A DNA stretch of 64,000 nucleotides from a virus (Duplodnaviria > Caudoviricetes): IMG/VR virus record IMGVR_UViG_3300037846_000091, positions 1 to 64,000 of that record, one strand, 5' to 3'. Position numbers and translations under genes: made by a program. Below, piece by piece: positions 39,931 through 50,028 of the stretch. Below the pieces are notes generated by a model. It was not told where the DNA came from and did not search any database. It saw only the letters and a program-made list of their open reading frames with translations. Within the stretch, counting starts at the first letter, position 1; every line of letters begins with the position of its first letter.

Positions 39931-40266
39931 GCTACATCAGTCAAAGCATTCACAAGGCCCTCGTCGGCCTTGTCCATCTGTGGGTAGCCCACCACTGCCT
40001 CGACAGGAGCAGTGAGGGACCAGCCACGGAAGCAACATTCTGGGTCGATGCTCACATGATGGGTTGGGGGCAGCACGTCTTGCCCGGCAAGCGGGTCAAG
40101 GTCACGTTTACCGTGGAGGACACGCCGTGAACCTCCTTCACGCCGAGATGCTGGACCAGATGGCCCGCGAGCTTACCGGCCGCGCGTAGCCGCTTGTGCG
40201 CGGAGGGCGGCGGCGGGTAGGCTTTGATTGCGTCGAAAAATCAAAGGACGTGTACAGGATTCAAAA

Positions 40267-40746
40267 GTGCCGCGTGGAGGGAAACGCCCAGGTGCAGGCC
40301 GCAAAAAGACTAGCGGCACGACACGGACGAAGAAGACAAACGCCATCGCCGCGAAGAACGCCAGTGCTGGTGTGCTACCTCTTCAGGCCATGCTGGACGC
40401 CATGCGCGCCCACCATGCCAAGGGGGAGCTTGACGCCGCGGCCAAGATTGGCAGGGACGCCGCTCCTTACCTCCACCCCAAGATAACGCCGAAGCCTCCC
40501 AATGACGACAAGCCCCTCACCGACCCCGAACGAGCTGACCGAATTGCTGCCATACTTGAGCGAGCAAGACAGGCTCGAATTGGACAGCTTGCTTCAGGGA
40601 TCGGGAGTAACGGCACTTCTGACCCAGGGCAAGTATCCCCAATACCGGATGGACCCGGTGGGGTACGCGGAGAACGTGCTGGGGATCAAGACGCTGACGG
40701 ACCCCCAGAAGGAGATCCTCAAGCACCTACTAATACCCCCCTATAG
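40267..40746 (+). CDS. terS: Terminase small subunit
   Basis: MPRGGKRPGAGRKK...PLQAML..M...AAPYLHPK, upstream of TerL. Confidence 0.75.
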   Translation: MPRGGKRPGAGRKKTSGTTRTKKTNAIAAKNASAGVLPLQAMLDAMRAHHAKGELDAAAKIGRDAAPYLHPKITPKPPNDDKPLTDPERADRIAAILERARQARIGQLASGIGSNGTSDPGQVSPIPDGPGGVRGERAGDQDADGPPEGDPQAPTNTPL

Positions 40747-42190
40747 GGTCCTGGTGCCGTCGGCGCACGACGTGGGCAAGACCTTCATCGCTGCTGTCGC
40801 CGTAAACTGGTGGTACGACACCCGCGACCCGGGCGTTGTCATAACCACGGCTCCGACGCTCCGGGACGTGGTAGACCTGCTCTGGACGGAGGTCCGCTTG
40901 CAGAGGTTTCGCGTCGGCCTGGAGTCGGCCTTCGTGGGCCCTGCAGCCCCCCAGATGGGGGACCGGCCGGACCACTACGCGAAGGGGTTCACCGCCCGCC
41001 GCGGCGAGAGCTTCCAGGGCCGGCACCGCGAGAACATGTTGTTCGTCATGGACGAGGCCAACGGCATCGACCTGATCTACTGGTTGACGACCCGTACCAT
41101 GTTCGACCCAGACCTGGGGCACGCCTGGCTGGCGATCTTCAACCCGACCGACACCACGACGGCCGCCTACCAGGAGGATCAAGAGGCCCTGGACCCCGAT
41201 GGCAATATCCGCTGGCACCGCTTCCGTCTGTCGGCCCTGGACCACCCAAACGTGCTGGCCGGCCTGCGGGGCGAGCCCAAGCCGATCCGCGGTGCCGTGA
41301 GCAAGGAGATGGTCGATTCCTGGATAGCCGACTGGTGCGACCCCATTGACCCGGCCGACAGAACTGAGCTTGACATAGAATGGCCACCGGGCAGCGGCAA
41401 CTGGTTCAAGCCTGGTCCCATCATGCAGTGCCGCGGCATGGGACTTTGGCCTGCGCAGGGCGCCGGCATCTGGTCTGACCCGCTCTGGGAGGTCATCTCT
41501 CGCGCCATCGAGCCGGCGTTCCCCCTGACGCATCTGCCGGTCATCGGCTGCGACTGCGCCACGGGCAAGGGCGACGACTGCGTTGCGATCCACGACAGAT
41601 GGGGAGAAGCTAGTCTGGGGCATGAGTCGTCGAACACGATGGACCCGGAGAAGCTGTTCAACCGGCTTATCGCCCGGGCTGACTACTTGGCCTCGCTGGT
41701 CAACCGGGCCCGGCCCGTTACGCACGCGCCCTGCCTGCCTCGCGACATCCCCATCAACATCGACGACGACGCGACCGGCAATGCGGTCACAGCCTTCCTT
41801 CGGACGCGCGGCTACAACGTCCACCCCATCGGCGCCGGTACGCGGGCCAAGCGGGAGTTCAGCTACCCCAACAAGCGATCAGAGTTGTGGTTCGAGGTCC
41901 GCGACCGGGCCAAGGTGGGTCTGGTGAACGTCAGCCGCCTGGACCGGCGCACGCAGCGCAGGCTGAAGCAGCAGTTGATGGCACCGACGTGGGAACTGAG
42001 AGGCGAGATGCGTGTGGTCGAACCGAAGCAGGACACGAAAGAGAAGATTGGCAGAAGTCCTGACGATGCGGACGCCTTCAATTTGGCGTATTATGACATG
42101 GCAGAGTACGAGGCGGCCAAGACCATCGACACGCCGCGGCGGCCAATGGGTCCGCAACCGGGAGAGCGGCGGGGACCGTTCAGGAGGTAG
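40502..42190 (+). CDS. terL: Terminase large subunit
   Basis: Walker A SAHDVGKT, Walker B FVMDEA, nuclease IGCDC, NIDDD and SPDDADAFNLA. Confidence 0.92.
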   Translation: MTTSPSPTPNELTELLPYLSEQDRLELDSLLQGSGVTALLTQGKYPQYRMDPVGYAENVLGIKTLTDPQKEILKHLLIPPYRVLVPSAHDVGKTFIAAVAVNWWYDTRDPGVVITTAPTLRDVVDLLWTEVRLQRFRVGLESAFVGPAAPQMGDRPDHYAKGFTARRGESFQGRHRENMLFVMDEANGIDLIYWLTTRTMFDPDLGHAWLAIFNPTDTTTAAYQEDQEALDPDGNIRWHRFRLSALDHPNVLAGLRGEPKPIRGAVSKEMVDSWIADWCDPIDPADRTELDIEWPPGSGNWFKPGPIMQCRGMGLWPAQGAGIWSDPLWEVISRAIEPAFPLTHLPVIGCDCATGKGDDCVAIHDRWGEASLGHESSNTMDPEKLFNRLIARADYLASLVNRARPVTHAPCLPRDIPINIDDDATGNAVTAFLRTRGYNVHPIGAGTRAKREFSYPNKRSELWFEVRDRAKVGLVNVSRLDRRTQRRLKQQLMAPTWELRGEMRVVEPKQDTKEKIGRSPDDADAFNLAYYDMAEYEAAKTIDTPRRPMGPQPGERRGPFRR

Positions 42191-42383
42191 GGTATGCGTT
42201 ACCCGTATCCAGGCGAGATAATTGACCCGGCCGTGACCGGCGAGCGGATTGGGGTGGCAATAGAGGACTCCCAACCGGCCGGAACGGTAGTCCTCGCAGA
42301 CGGCAGCGTTGTCGAGGTTCACAAGGTCAGGGTCTTGTTGGACAACCCGTTGCCCAGACCTGACCACATCGCCGGGAGCAACC

Positions 42384-43331
42384 ATGCTTGAGCCATCGAC
42401 CGCAGACCTGGGCCACCTGGAACCGTGCTGCTTCTGCGCCGTGTTGGCAGAGCGGCAGCGGATCATGCGGCATCTTGAGAGCGTGCGGGCTTGCTGGGAA
42501 TCTGAACCTGGTTACAGCATGTGGGGCGCTGCGGCGGCTGCTCTGCGGGAACTATGCAACGTGCTCACTCACCCCGTGCTGGTCAAGCCGGAACCGGGTA
42601 GCTTCACCTTCAACGCGGACAACTCGGTATCGGTGCTGAATGACGACGGCACGGAGACGCGGTACGCCTCGGTGCAAGAGGCTGCGCTTCTGCGCCGTGC
42701 GACTCCGGTTGTGTTCGATTACCACGAGCCGAATGACACTGTCGAGTTGGAACGCTTGCTCAAGGAGATGCGCTGCGGCCCGGTGACGATCTTGCCGGAC
42801 CCGACGACTCCTTGGAACGACATTGCCGATTACCTGGACCACTGCGCCGGCCTGATTAACTTCGCCGAATACCAGTACGGCACGCCGGGGGAAATTGCAG
42901 AGATGCTTCGATTCCGCGCCGCATCCATGCGGAAGCAGCAAGCGTTGCCTCTGGAGATGACTTACAATGGGTTGACGGATGGATGTGCCATAGAAATGAG
43001 CGGGATACTCACGGCCATTGGTACTGCACGCCAATCAGCACCGCCGCTGATGAAGTTCGCGGACCTGATGCGGGTGCCAAGGACTGACGAAGAAGTTATG
43101 GAAGCAGACGCTCTGTACCCCATTGGCACCCCCTTCCACGATGAGGCCGGCAAGGTCATCGGCCAAGTTCTCGATTCGCGGGAGAGTGGCGGCAAGGTGT
43201 ATGTGACCGTGAAGCACACGACGCCCCTTACCAGCGCTGAGAAGGTGACCATCGAGCCTTTAATAGAAGATATGACAGATCATAGGCTAGTAGTGATGGA
43301 ATCTCACAAGCTGGCGTGTGCAGAACCGTAG
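42384..43331 (+). CDS. Hypothetical protein
   Basis: Long ORF between TerL and portal. No motif recognised. Confidence 0.5.
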   Translation: MLEPSTADLGHLEPCCFCAVLAERQRIMRHLESVRACWESEPGYSMWGAAAAALRELCNVLTHPVLVKPEPGSFTFNADNSVSVLNDDGTETRYASVQEAALLRRATPVVFDYHEPNDTVELERLLKEMRCGPVTILPDPTTPWNDIADYLDHCAGLINFAEYQYGTPGEIAEMLRFRAASMRKQQALPLEMTYNGLTDGCAIEMSGILTAIGTARQSAPPLMKFADLMRVPRTDEEVMEADALYPIGTPFHDEAGKVIGQVLDSRESGGKVYVTVKHTTPLTSAEKVTIEPLIEDMTDHRLVVMESHKLACAEP

Positions 43332-43950
43332 CCGTCAGCGCTCAAGAAAGAGTCATTGCTGCCCTTGAGCGTGCTACCGACCCCCAACCCGACCACGTTA
43401 CCACGGAGACGCCGAAGTGATCTACGAGCACCTGCACATGGGCATCCCCTGCGATCAGGACCTGGCGGCCAGCCTCAACTACCATTCCCTGCCCGAGAAC
43501 GGCGGCTGGGAGTGCATCGGCTTTGCCGTTGACATGGTTCTCCCCCAGCAAAGCAGCAAGGTGTTGGTAGCCTCACAGGCACCACCGCAGCCGATCAAGG
43601 TGTGGGCGTGCGTGCTGCGCCGGCTGGCCAAGCCCGAGACGGTCAAGGGCTGGCGCAGGGGCATCCAGAAGCAGGCGGAAGAGCAGAAGGCCGAGCAGCA
43701 GCGACTGGCACAGCTGGAACGGCGTGAGGAGCTGCTGTCGGTGATTGGGAATGGGGAGGGGCCATGAGCGAACAGAAGGCATCATGGGTCCGTTATGGTG
43801 GCGTCACTATCGACAAGCTAATGTCGATGCCGATGGGACGTGGGCTGATGTGAAGGGGTGAGGGGCTTTTGCTACAATAGCGCATGAAACAGGGCCAGCG
43901 CTGCTAACGCTGACCCCAACCACAACCCGTTTCGAGAAGGGAAACGAGCA

Positions 43951-44538
43951 ATGGCTAAGGTTAATTCTAGTGAGTTCCTAACCCCATCGGCTCGCGTCGA
44001 GTCCAAGGTAAATGCCTTAATAAAAGACCTGACTGCTGCTACCAAGAGGATAGCCAAGCTGGAGGAGCTACTTACGAAGGCCAAGGCTATTTGCGTAAAC
44101 AAGGAACTTCTGAAGCAGAAGGCTCAAAAGGAAAAGGAACACGAAGACCGCGAAAAGGCCAAGCAGGAGAATCGCAAGAAACTGGAAGAAGATGCGAATG
44201 AGATGAATATTAAAGATTGTCCTTCCGGATTCTTTCTGGCAGAAACCTGCAACGTTCACCGAGGTTCGTCAGGATCAGATTCTATGTTGGACGAGGTCGA
44301 AAAAGCAAGAGAGCATTATGCTGGGGTTTACGAAGTGCTCATAGTTCAGGGAGCCTACACAGAAGGTTACAAGTACATGGAACCGGAAGGCGTACACCTT
44401 AACTTTTCAGGATTCCGGGTTTTTGTCAAACCGTTACCTCCGGACAAGATCGGCCTCCAACCAGTCGATAGCAACGGACAGAGAGTGTCTTTCAACGGCG
44501 AAGGCGGTTTTCGCGTGGAGAGCAGTACGACGCACTAG
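43951..44538 (+). CDS. AT-richer moron-like hypothetical protein
   Basis: Distinct codon usage, N-terminal coiled coil, and its own extended -10 (TGcTACAAT near 43870-43878). Confidence 0.65.
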   Translation: MAKVNSSEFLTPSARVESKVNALIKDLTAATKRIAKLEELLTKAKAICVNKELLKQKAQKEKEHEDREKAKQENRKKLEEDANEMNIKDCPSGFFLAETCNVHRGSSGSDSMLDEVEKAREHYAGVYEVLIVQGAYTEGYKYMEPEGVHLNFSGFRVFVKPLPPDKIGLQPVDSNGQRVSFNGEGGFRVESSTTH

Positions 44539-44625
44539 TGACATTTCGAGTGACAATTCGCCAGCGGACTAGCTACCCGCCGGCCACACACTTCTACCGT
44601 TTGGGGTAGACCGCGGAGATAGTCC

Positions 44626-47600
44626 GTGGACTCCTTCAACGGCGACCCTGCCTACGGCAGCGGCATCAGCATCACCGGCGAGCCGAAGGAACGGGTAGAC
44701 CGCTTCCCGATTCCGCAGGTTTTGACTTTTCAGGCGATGCTGGGCATCTCGTGGAAGTCCTACTGGATGGGGCGCCACGATGAGGCCCTGCGCCAGGACC
44801 CCGGCTTCGCCCGCGCGATGCGACACGACCTGTTCAACATGGGCTTGATGCAGGAGCGGGCGCTGGGGGTCGCGTCTCTCAAGTGGCACCTGGAGGTAGA
44901 CAACGAGCGTGACCCCACGGAGAAGCTGGTCAAGGATCACATGACGAAGGTCGTGCGCCGCACCTGGCGACGGCAGGAGCTTGTCCGCAATCTGCTTGAG
45001 GCTGTCTGGTTCGGCCGCTACGGCGCGCAGCTCCAGTGCAAGTTCGACTTCATCGACGGCCGCAAGTCTCTGGTAATCGCCAAGCATCGGGCCATCAACG
45101 GCGACAAGATCAACCACCTGTGGGACGGCACGCCGCACGTCCAGATCATGCCCATCGCAGACCAGTATCTGCCGAAGGGCGTGGAAGTCATGCAGACCAG
45201 CGCGCACTTCTACAACTCGGGCCGGGCGGTCGTTCTCAGGGGGGAGTTCCGCGAGAATTTCATCATCCACCGTCACCTGGCGATGGACGAGGACTTCGTC
45301 GATTACGAAAGGGCGGCCTGCATCAATGGGGCCGGCGTGCGCGATGTAATTCATTGGTTTGAATGGTTAAAAATGGAGTGGTTGTCGAACGTCACCGATT
45401 GGGCCGAACGCGCTGGCCTCGGCGTGCGGCTGTGGTACTACCCCCTCGGCAACAATGCCGCCAAGGCCAAGGCCGAAGCCAACGCCGCCGACAACACCAG
45501 AAAAGTAAACATCATCGTTCCCTATGACCCGGAGCAGCGCAGTCCGCACCCGGCGATGGAGTATCAGGACGTGGCCACCGGCGGCCCTGAACTGCTGCTC
45601 AAGCTCATCCAGTACATCGACGAGGCCAAGCAGCGGTACGTCATCGGCCAGTCGCTATCCAGCGGCACGGAGGGCAGCGGGTTGGGTGGCACGGGTGTTG
45701 CGTCGATGCACGCCAACACGAAGCAGAAGATAGTCGCCTACGACGCCCAGAACCTCGCCGAGACGCTGACCTGCGATCAGCTGGACGTATCGCGCAAGTA
45801 CACCTTCCCCGAGCTACCCAGCGACATGCCATGCCGGCTGGTGTTCGACGTGGACGACCCAGAGAGCGAAAAGAAGCTGAACGCGGTCAAGGTGTTCACG
45901 GAGATGGGCGGCACGGTCATTGCCAACGAAGCCCGGGCCCTCACCGGCCTGAGCGACCCGCAGGAAGGCGACGACGTGATAGGCGGCCAGCAGGCGATGC
46001 CCGGCGCTGGTGCCCCTGGTGTGCCGGGGCAGCCCGGCGCCGATCAGCCGCAGCAGCCTGGCAGGCCGTGGAAGGCGCCGCAGATAGCGCAGCCCGACCC
46101 GAACGCGGTGCAGCAGCCGGAGGTCGCAGCGGCGAGAGCAACCGGCGAAGTGGCCCGCTACGTCACCGACGACACGGGCCGCAAGCACGATGAGTTGGGG
46201 CTGTTCACGGGTGATGGGAACGCGGCGGCTAAAGGCAACGAAGCCAAGCACGAACACCGCAGCAACATCACCCTGGCGGGCCGCAAGTTTGCCATGTCGT
46301 TCCGCAAGGACGGCAAGACGCACGTTGAAATCAACGGCAACCACAAGGTCGTGACCTACACCCTTGATGGCATCAGGCACGGCTACATCGAGGACGCCGA
46401 GGGCGGCAATGTCCGTGGGTTCGTCATCCGCCGTCAGGCCAAGGAATCGGACCAGAACGACCACGCCCTACCAGTGGACGATACCGACACCATCCAGCAA
46501 GAGGCTATGGAGCAAGCCGCTTCGGATGCCGACCGCAAGAAATTGGAGCGAAAGAAGGAGTTTGAAAAGAAGGTTGGCCATGCGGTGATTCATCCTCAGA
46601 GCGTGGCCGGCGAACTATCCAAGTCAGGCATACCGACGCACAAGAACACCTCGCGGGAGAAGCGTTCCGGTGTCAGCGTCAGGGCCATTCCCGGCAAGCA
46701 CACCTGGCTCGCCGTGGAGTGGAGGGACGCGGGTGGAGACGACAACGACACCAGGGCCAAGTCGGAAGAGGTTCAGAAGCATCTTGAGGAACGCGGATAC
46801 GCCGTTACCCGGCCATTCCCCGACGAAACCATTCTTGCCGTCAGGAAGCCGATCAAGGACGATGAGGATGAGTCGCCAGTCTCCCGCCACGCCTTCGACG
46901 AATCCTCCCACCCCCGCGGCCACGAGGGCAACCCCGGCCAGTTCGCGGCATCCGGTAGCACCGCAGAAGCCTCCCAGCCCGCGCAGGACGCATCCGGCGA
47001 GCCGACAGCCCAGCAGCCGTCCAAGTCCAAGGCAGACGCCTGGCAAGAGCGCCAGACGGCCCGCGACCAGCGCATCATCGACCTGGACACGCTGGAGAAC
47101 GACGCCGGCACGGTGGACAAGGCCGACCTGGACGCGCTGGTGAAGGCCGACGCCGAGATAGGGGACACCGGCGACCCAGAGCAAGCAGCGGCGGCGATGA
47201 AAGCGTACACAGACACGATCCGCGCCAAGTGGCAGGACGTGGCGGACAGGCTCACGCAGATGGGCGCGAGCGAGCGGGACGCGCGGGCGTTCGGCCGGGC
47301 GGCAACGAAGCTCAATGCGTACCTCGGGAAAGCGGAGGTCGCGTACACCGCGGCGGCGAGCAAGATCGGTGCAGCGGCGCGGGCTCTGGAGGAAATCGAG
47401 GCGCAGGAACCGGAGGGGCGCGACGAGCAAGAGGAACCGGATGCTTGGGAGGAGCAAGCGGAACCTGATGAGCCCGATCTTCCTGGAGATGAGCCGCAGC
47501 AGTCTGAGTATGAACGCCTTGGGATTGGTCGGGAAGAGTTTGAAAGGGACCACAACGATTGGATGACTGCCACGGCCGCTTACCCCAAACTGCTGGCGGA

Positions 47601-49587
47601 ATATGAGCAGGCTGTTAAAGAGATCGGGCGAATAAATACTGAAGGTCAGGCAGCTTACGATACAGCCTATGCTAACTGGGAAGCCAGCGAAGAGAAAGAG
47701 TCCGACGCCTGGCAGGATGCCCACGACCGATGGGAGGCCAAGCGTGACAAGGCCGAAGAGAAGCACGCCGATCTTTCGAGCAAGTTCAGCGAGCTACTCG
47801 ACCCCCTCGTCGAGAAGATGGACGAGCACGAGCAGGCTTGCACGGACGCGCTGTACGGCTTCCTCGAAAGCGAGCGCGACCGAGTAGAGCAGCAGGACAC
47901 GGCCGACCCGGAACCGGATGAGGACGATGAGGAACCGGTGACGCGGCACGCCTTCCACGAGTCCGAGCATCCGCGTGGGCATGAAGGAAACCCAGGGCAA
48001 TTTGCCGAAAAAGGCGGTGCCAGCTTTGATACGAGCAGTGCCAAGGCCCCTCCCGGCGGCATCAAGATTGCCGGCAAGAACTTCAAGGCCGGCGAGAGGA
48101 TTCCTACAGCGATTTTCAAGCGTGCCGACAAGGACCAGCAGAAGGCCATCAAGGCGGCCAGCGGGGGCGACAAGCCGAAGGAAAAGCCAGCGGCCAGGCC
48201 GGCAGAGAAACCTGCCGACAAACCTGCCGACAAACCGGCAGCGCCCGCGAAGGCGAGCAAGGGGCACCCGGCCGTGGGCACCGGCATCGAGGGCAAGCCA
48301 CGCGAGGAGCAGCTTGCAGCGCTGGGCAAGTATTCCATGTCCGGAAGCGGAACCGATGCGAGCCGCGCCGCCGCAAAAGAATGGTTGGAGCATATTGAGG
48401 CCGTGAGCGTGCCGGACAAGGACGCTCTGGCTAACAAGGTCGCAGCCAGCGTCGCGCAGCAGGCCAAGGCAAACCAGTTTCAGTCACCTACGGTTCAGGG
48501 TGTGGTGGACGGACTGAAGTCCGATGGTCTATCCACCGAGCAGGCGCACAGCGTCATCGTTGCCGGAATTCGCGCCGGCAAACTGCAGCCCGCGCCGTTC
48601 ACGCGGGCACTGCAGGACTACACCGGTGGCCTGGAAAACCTGCTGCCGATTGATGGCCAGCTAATGGGCTACCTGCGCCCGGGGGCGAATTCTGCCCGCT
48701 CCCACCGCCGCGGCGACGTGTTCCGCTACACCTTCGACGAGAGCAAGGTGCACCGCGGCCAGCCGGGCAACGCGGGGCAGTTCGGTTCTGGTGGCGGCAC
48801 GGCGACAACCGACGAACCAGAGCGTCAGGCCGTCAAGGCAGACGGCAAGATCGCCAAGACGATCAGCAAGGCCAAGGAGACGGTCAAGCGGGTCAAGGGC
48901 CAACTGGACGCCATTACCGACGTAGCGGTGCTGAAGCAGGCCAAGGCGGCTACAGCATGGCTCAAGGACAAGGCCGGCGAGCTCAAGGCGAAGCTGGAGG
49001 CACGGTACGGCAAGAAAGCCGCCCTGGCGATCCTGGCGACGGGCCAGACGTTCGGTTGGGGCGCGACGGCTGCAGGCGCTGCCGTGGGTGTGCCGGTGTG
49101 GCTGCCGGGCAGCACTATCTGGGGAAGCCTGCCGGCGATGGCTGTGGCCGAAGTGTTCCTCCAGGCGAGCAAGCTGGTGAGGCATGAGGCCGACGAAGAG
49201 GCCGACCTGTCCCCCGAGGACACCGACGCGATCGCGCAGTGGGTGTTCGGCGAGCTGCAGGCGGAGTACATGGCCTGGCTTCAGGAGCAGGGCATCGGGC
49301 AAGATGCGCCGAAGAAGCACGCGAAGGAGCCAGAGCCTGACCGCCCCCGGCGTGTGGTGACCACGACGGTAACCGAGGGCCTCGACATGGAGGGCAAGCC
49401 GCAGAAGGTGGTCAGCACGGCGATAGCGACGGACCTTGTGCCGCCGCCGTTGCCGCCACCGCCCCGCATCGTCGGCAAGGTCAGGACGCCAGTGCGTGAC
49501 CCGGTGACGGGACTGATTGACCACGTGGTGGAGCGCTACGAATACGCGGAGGAGGTAGCCCGTGGTGAGCCGCCTGCAACTGAGTGA
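44626..49587 (+). CDS. Portal protein (Mu gp29/DUF935-like) with a roughly 1200-aa repetitive C-terminal extension
   Basis: N-terminal LLEAVWFG...W..W.K.EW...W..WAERAG...IIGQSLSS...GG.GVASMH...YDA..LAETLT.DQ...FPE fits a Mu-type portal. Position after TerL. Confidence 0.85.
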   Translation: MDSFNGDPAYGSGISITGEPKERVDRFPIPQVLTFQAMLGISWKSYWMGRHDEALRQDPGFARAMRHDLFNMGLMQERALGVASLKWHLEVDNERDPTEKLVKDHMTKVVRRTWRRQELVRNLLEAVWFGRYGAQLQCKFDFIDGRKSLVIAKHRAINGDKINHLWDGTPHVQIMPIADQYLPKGVEVMQTSAHFYNSGRAVVLRGEFRENFIIHRHLAMDEDFVDYERAACINGAGVRDVIHWFEWLKMEWLSNVTDWAERAGLGVRLWYYPLGNNAAKAKAEANAADNTRKVNIIVPYDPEQRSPHPAMEYQDVATGGPELLLKLIQYIDEAKQRYVIGQSLSSGTEGSGLGGTGVASMHANTKQKIVAYDAQNLAETLTCDQLDVSRKYTFPELPSDMPCRLVFDVDDPESEKKLNAVKVFTEMGGTVIANEARALTGLSDPQEGDDVIGGQQAMPGAGAPGVPGQPGADQPQQPGRPWKAPQIAQPDPNAVQQPEVAAARATGEVARYVTDDTGRKHDELGLFTGDGNAAAKGNEAKHEHRSNITLAGRKFAMSFRKDGKTHVEINGNHKVVTYTLDGIRHGYIEDAEGGNVRGFVIRRQAKESDQNDHALPVDDTDTIQQEAMEQAASDADRKKLERKKEFEKKVGHAVIHPQSVAGELSKSGIPTHKNTSREKRSGVSVRAIPGKHTWLAVEWRDAGGDDNDTRAKSEEVQKHLEERGYAVTRPFPDETILAVRKPIKDDEDESPVSRHAFDESSHPRGHEGNPGQFAASGSTAEASQPAQDASGEPTAQQPSKSKADAWQERQTARDQRIIDLDTLENDAGTVDKADLDALVKADAEIGDTGDPEQAAAAMKAYTDTIRAKWQDVADRLTQMGASERDARAFGRAATKLNAYLGKAEVAYTAAASKIGAAARALEEIEAQEPEGRDEQEEPDAWEEQAEPDEPDLPGDEPQQSEYERLGIGREEFERDHNDWMTATAAYPKLLAEYEQAVKEIGRINTEGQAAYDTAYANWEASEEKESDAWQDAHDRWEAKRDKAEEKHADLSSKFSELLDPLVEKMDEHEQACTDALYGFLESERDRVEQQDTADPEPDEDDEEPVTRHAFHESEHPRGHEGNPGQFAEKGGASFDTSSAKAPPGGIKIAGKNFKAGERIPTAIFKRADKDQQKAIKAASGGDKPKEKPAARPAEKPADKPADKPAAPAKASKGHPAVGTGIEGKPREEQLAALGKYSMSGSGTDASRAAAKEWLEHIEAVSVPDKDALANKVAASVAQQAKANQFQSPTVQGVVDGLKSDGLSTEQAHSVIVAGIRAGKLQPAPFTRALQDYTGGLENLLPIDGQLMGYLRPGANSARSHRRGDVFRYTFDESKVHRGQPGNAGQFGSGGGTATTDEPERQAVKADGKIAKTISKAKETVKRVKGQLDAITDVAVLKQAKAATAWLKDKAGELKAKLEARYGKKAALAILATGQTFGWGATAAGAAVGVPVWLPGSTIWGSLPAMAVAEVFLQASKLVRHEADEEADLSPEDTDAIAQWVFGELQAEYMAWLQEQGIGQDAPKKHAKEPEPDRPRRVVTTTVTEGLDMEGKPQKVVSTAIATDLVPPPLPPPPRIVGKVRTPVRDPVTGLIDHVVERYEYAEEVARGEPPATE

Positions 49588-49933
49588 CCTGGCCCGGAAT
49601 GCCATGTTGGAAGGGCCCGGCCTGGTTCCGCTGCTCAACGATGGCAAGCTGTGCCTCTACACGAGCAACCGCACAGACGCCCGGTTGCTCGCCACCCTAC
49701 GATTCGCTGGCCATGCCTTCACGGTCAAGGACGGCGAGGCGAAGGCTCGACCGATGGCAGCGGATCAGGACGTTATCCGCGACGGCAAGGCGACGTGGTT
49801 CCGGGCGCTGACACGCAAGGGTGAGTTGGTGCTTGAGGGAGCGGTGGGTGGTGACCTGACATTGGACCGCGACGACATCCGCCCCGGCAGCCGTGTGGGC
49901 GTCGATAGCCTCGTCCTGCGATTGGGAGAGTAG
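49562..49933 (+). CDS. Small virion structural protein
   Basis: LLATLRF...AF...G.A.A...D.....G.ATWFR pattern seen in phage structural genes. Confidence 0.55.
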   Translation: MVSRLQLSDLARNAMLEGPGLVPLLNDGKLCLYTSNRTDARLLATLRFAGHAFTVKDGEAKARPMAADQDVIRDGKATWFRALTRKGELVLEGAVGGDLTLDRDDIRPGSRVGVDSLVLRLGE

Positions 49934-50028
49934 TGTGCTTCAGCCCTTCCGCCAGCAGTTCGCCTTGCAGTTTTACAAGGAAGCCGCGACGGACCTTATT
50001 GTGACCATAACCCACAAGGTGTAATCCT

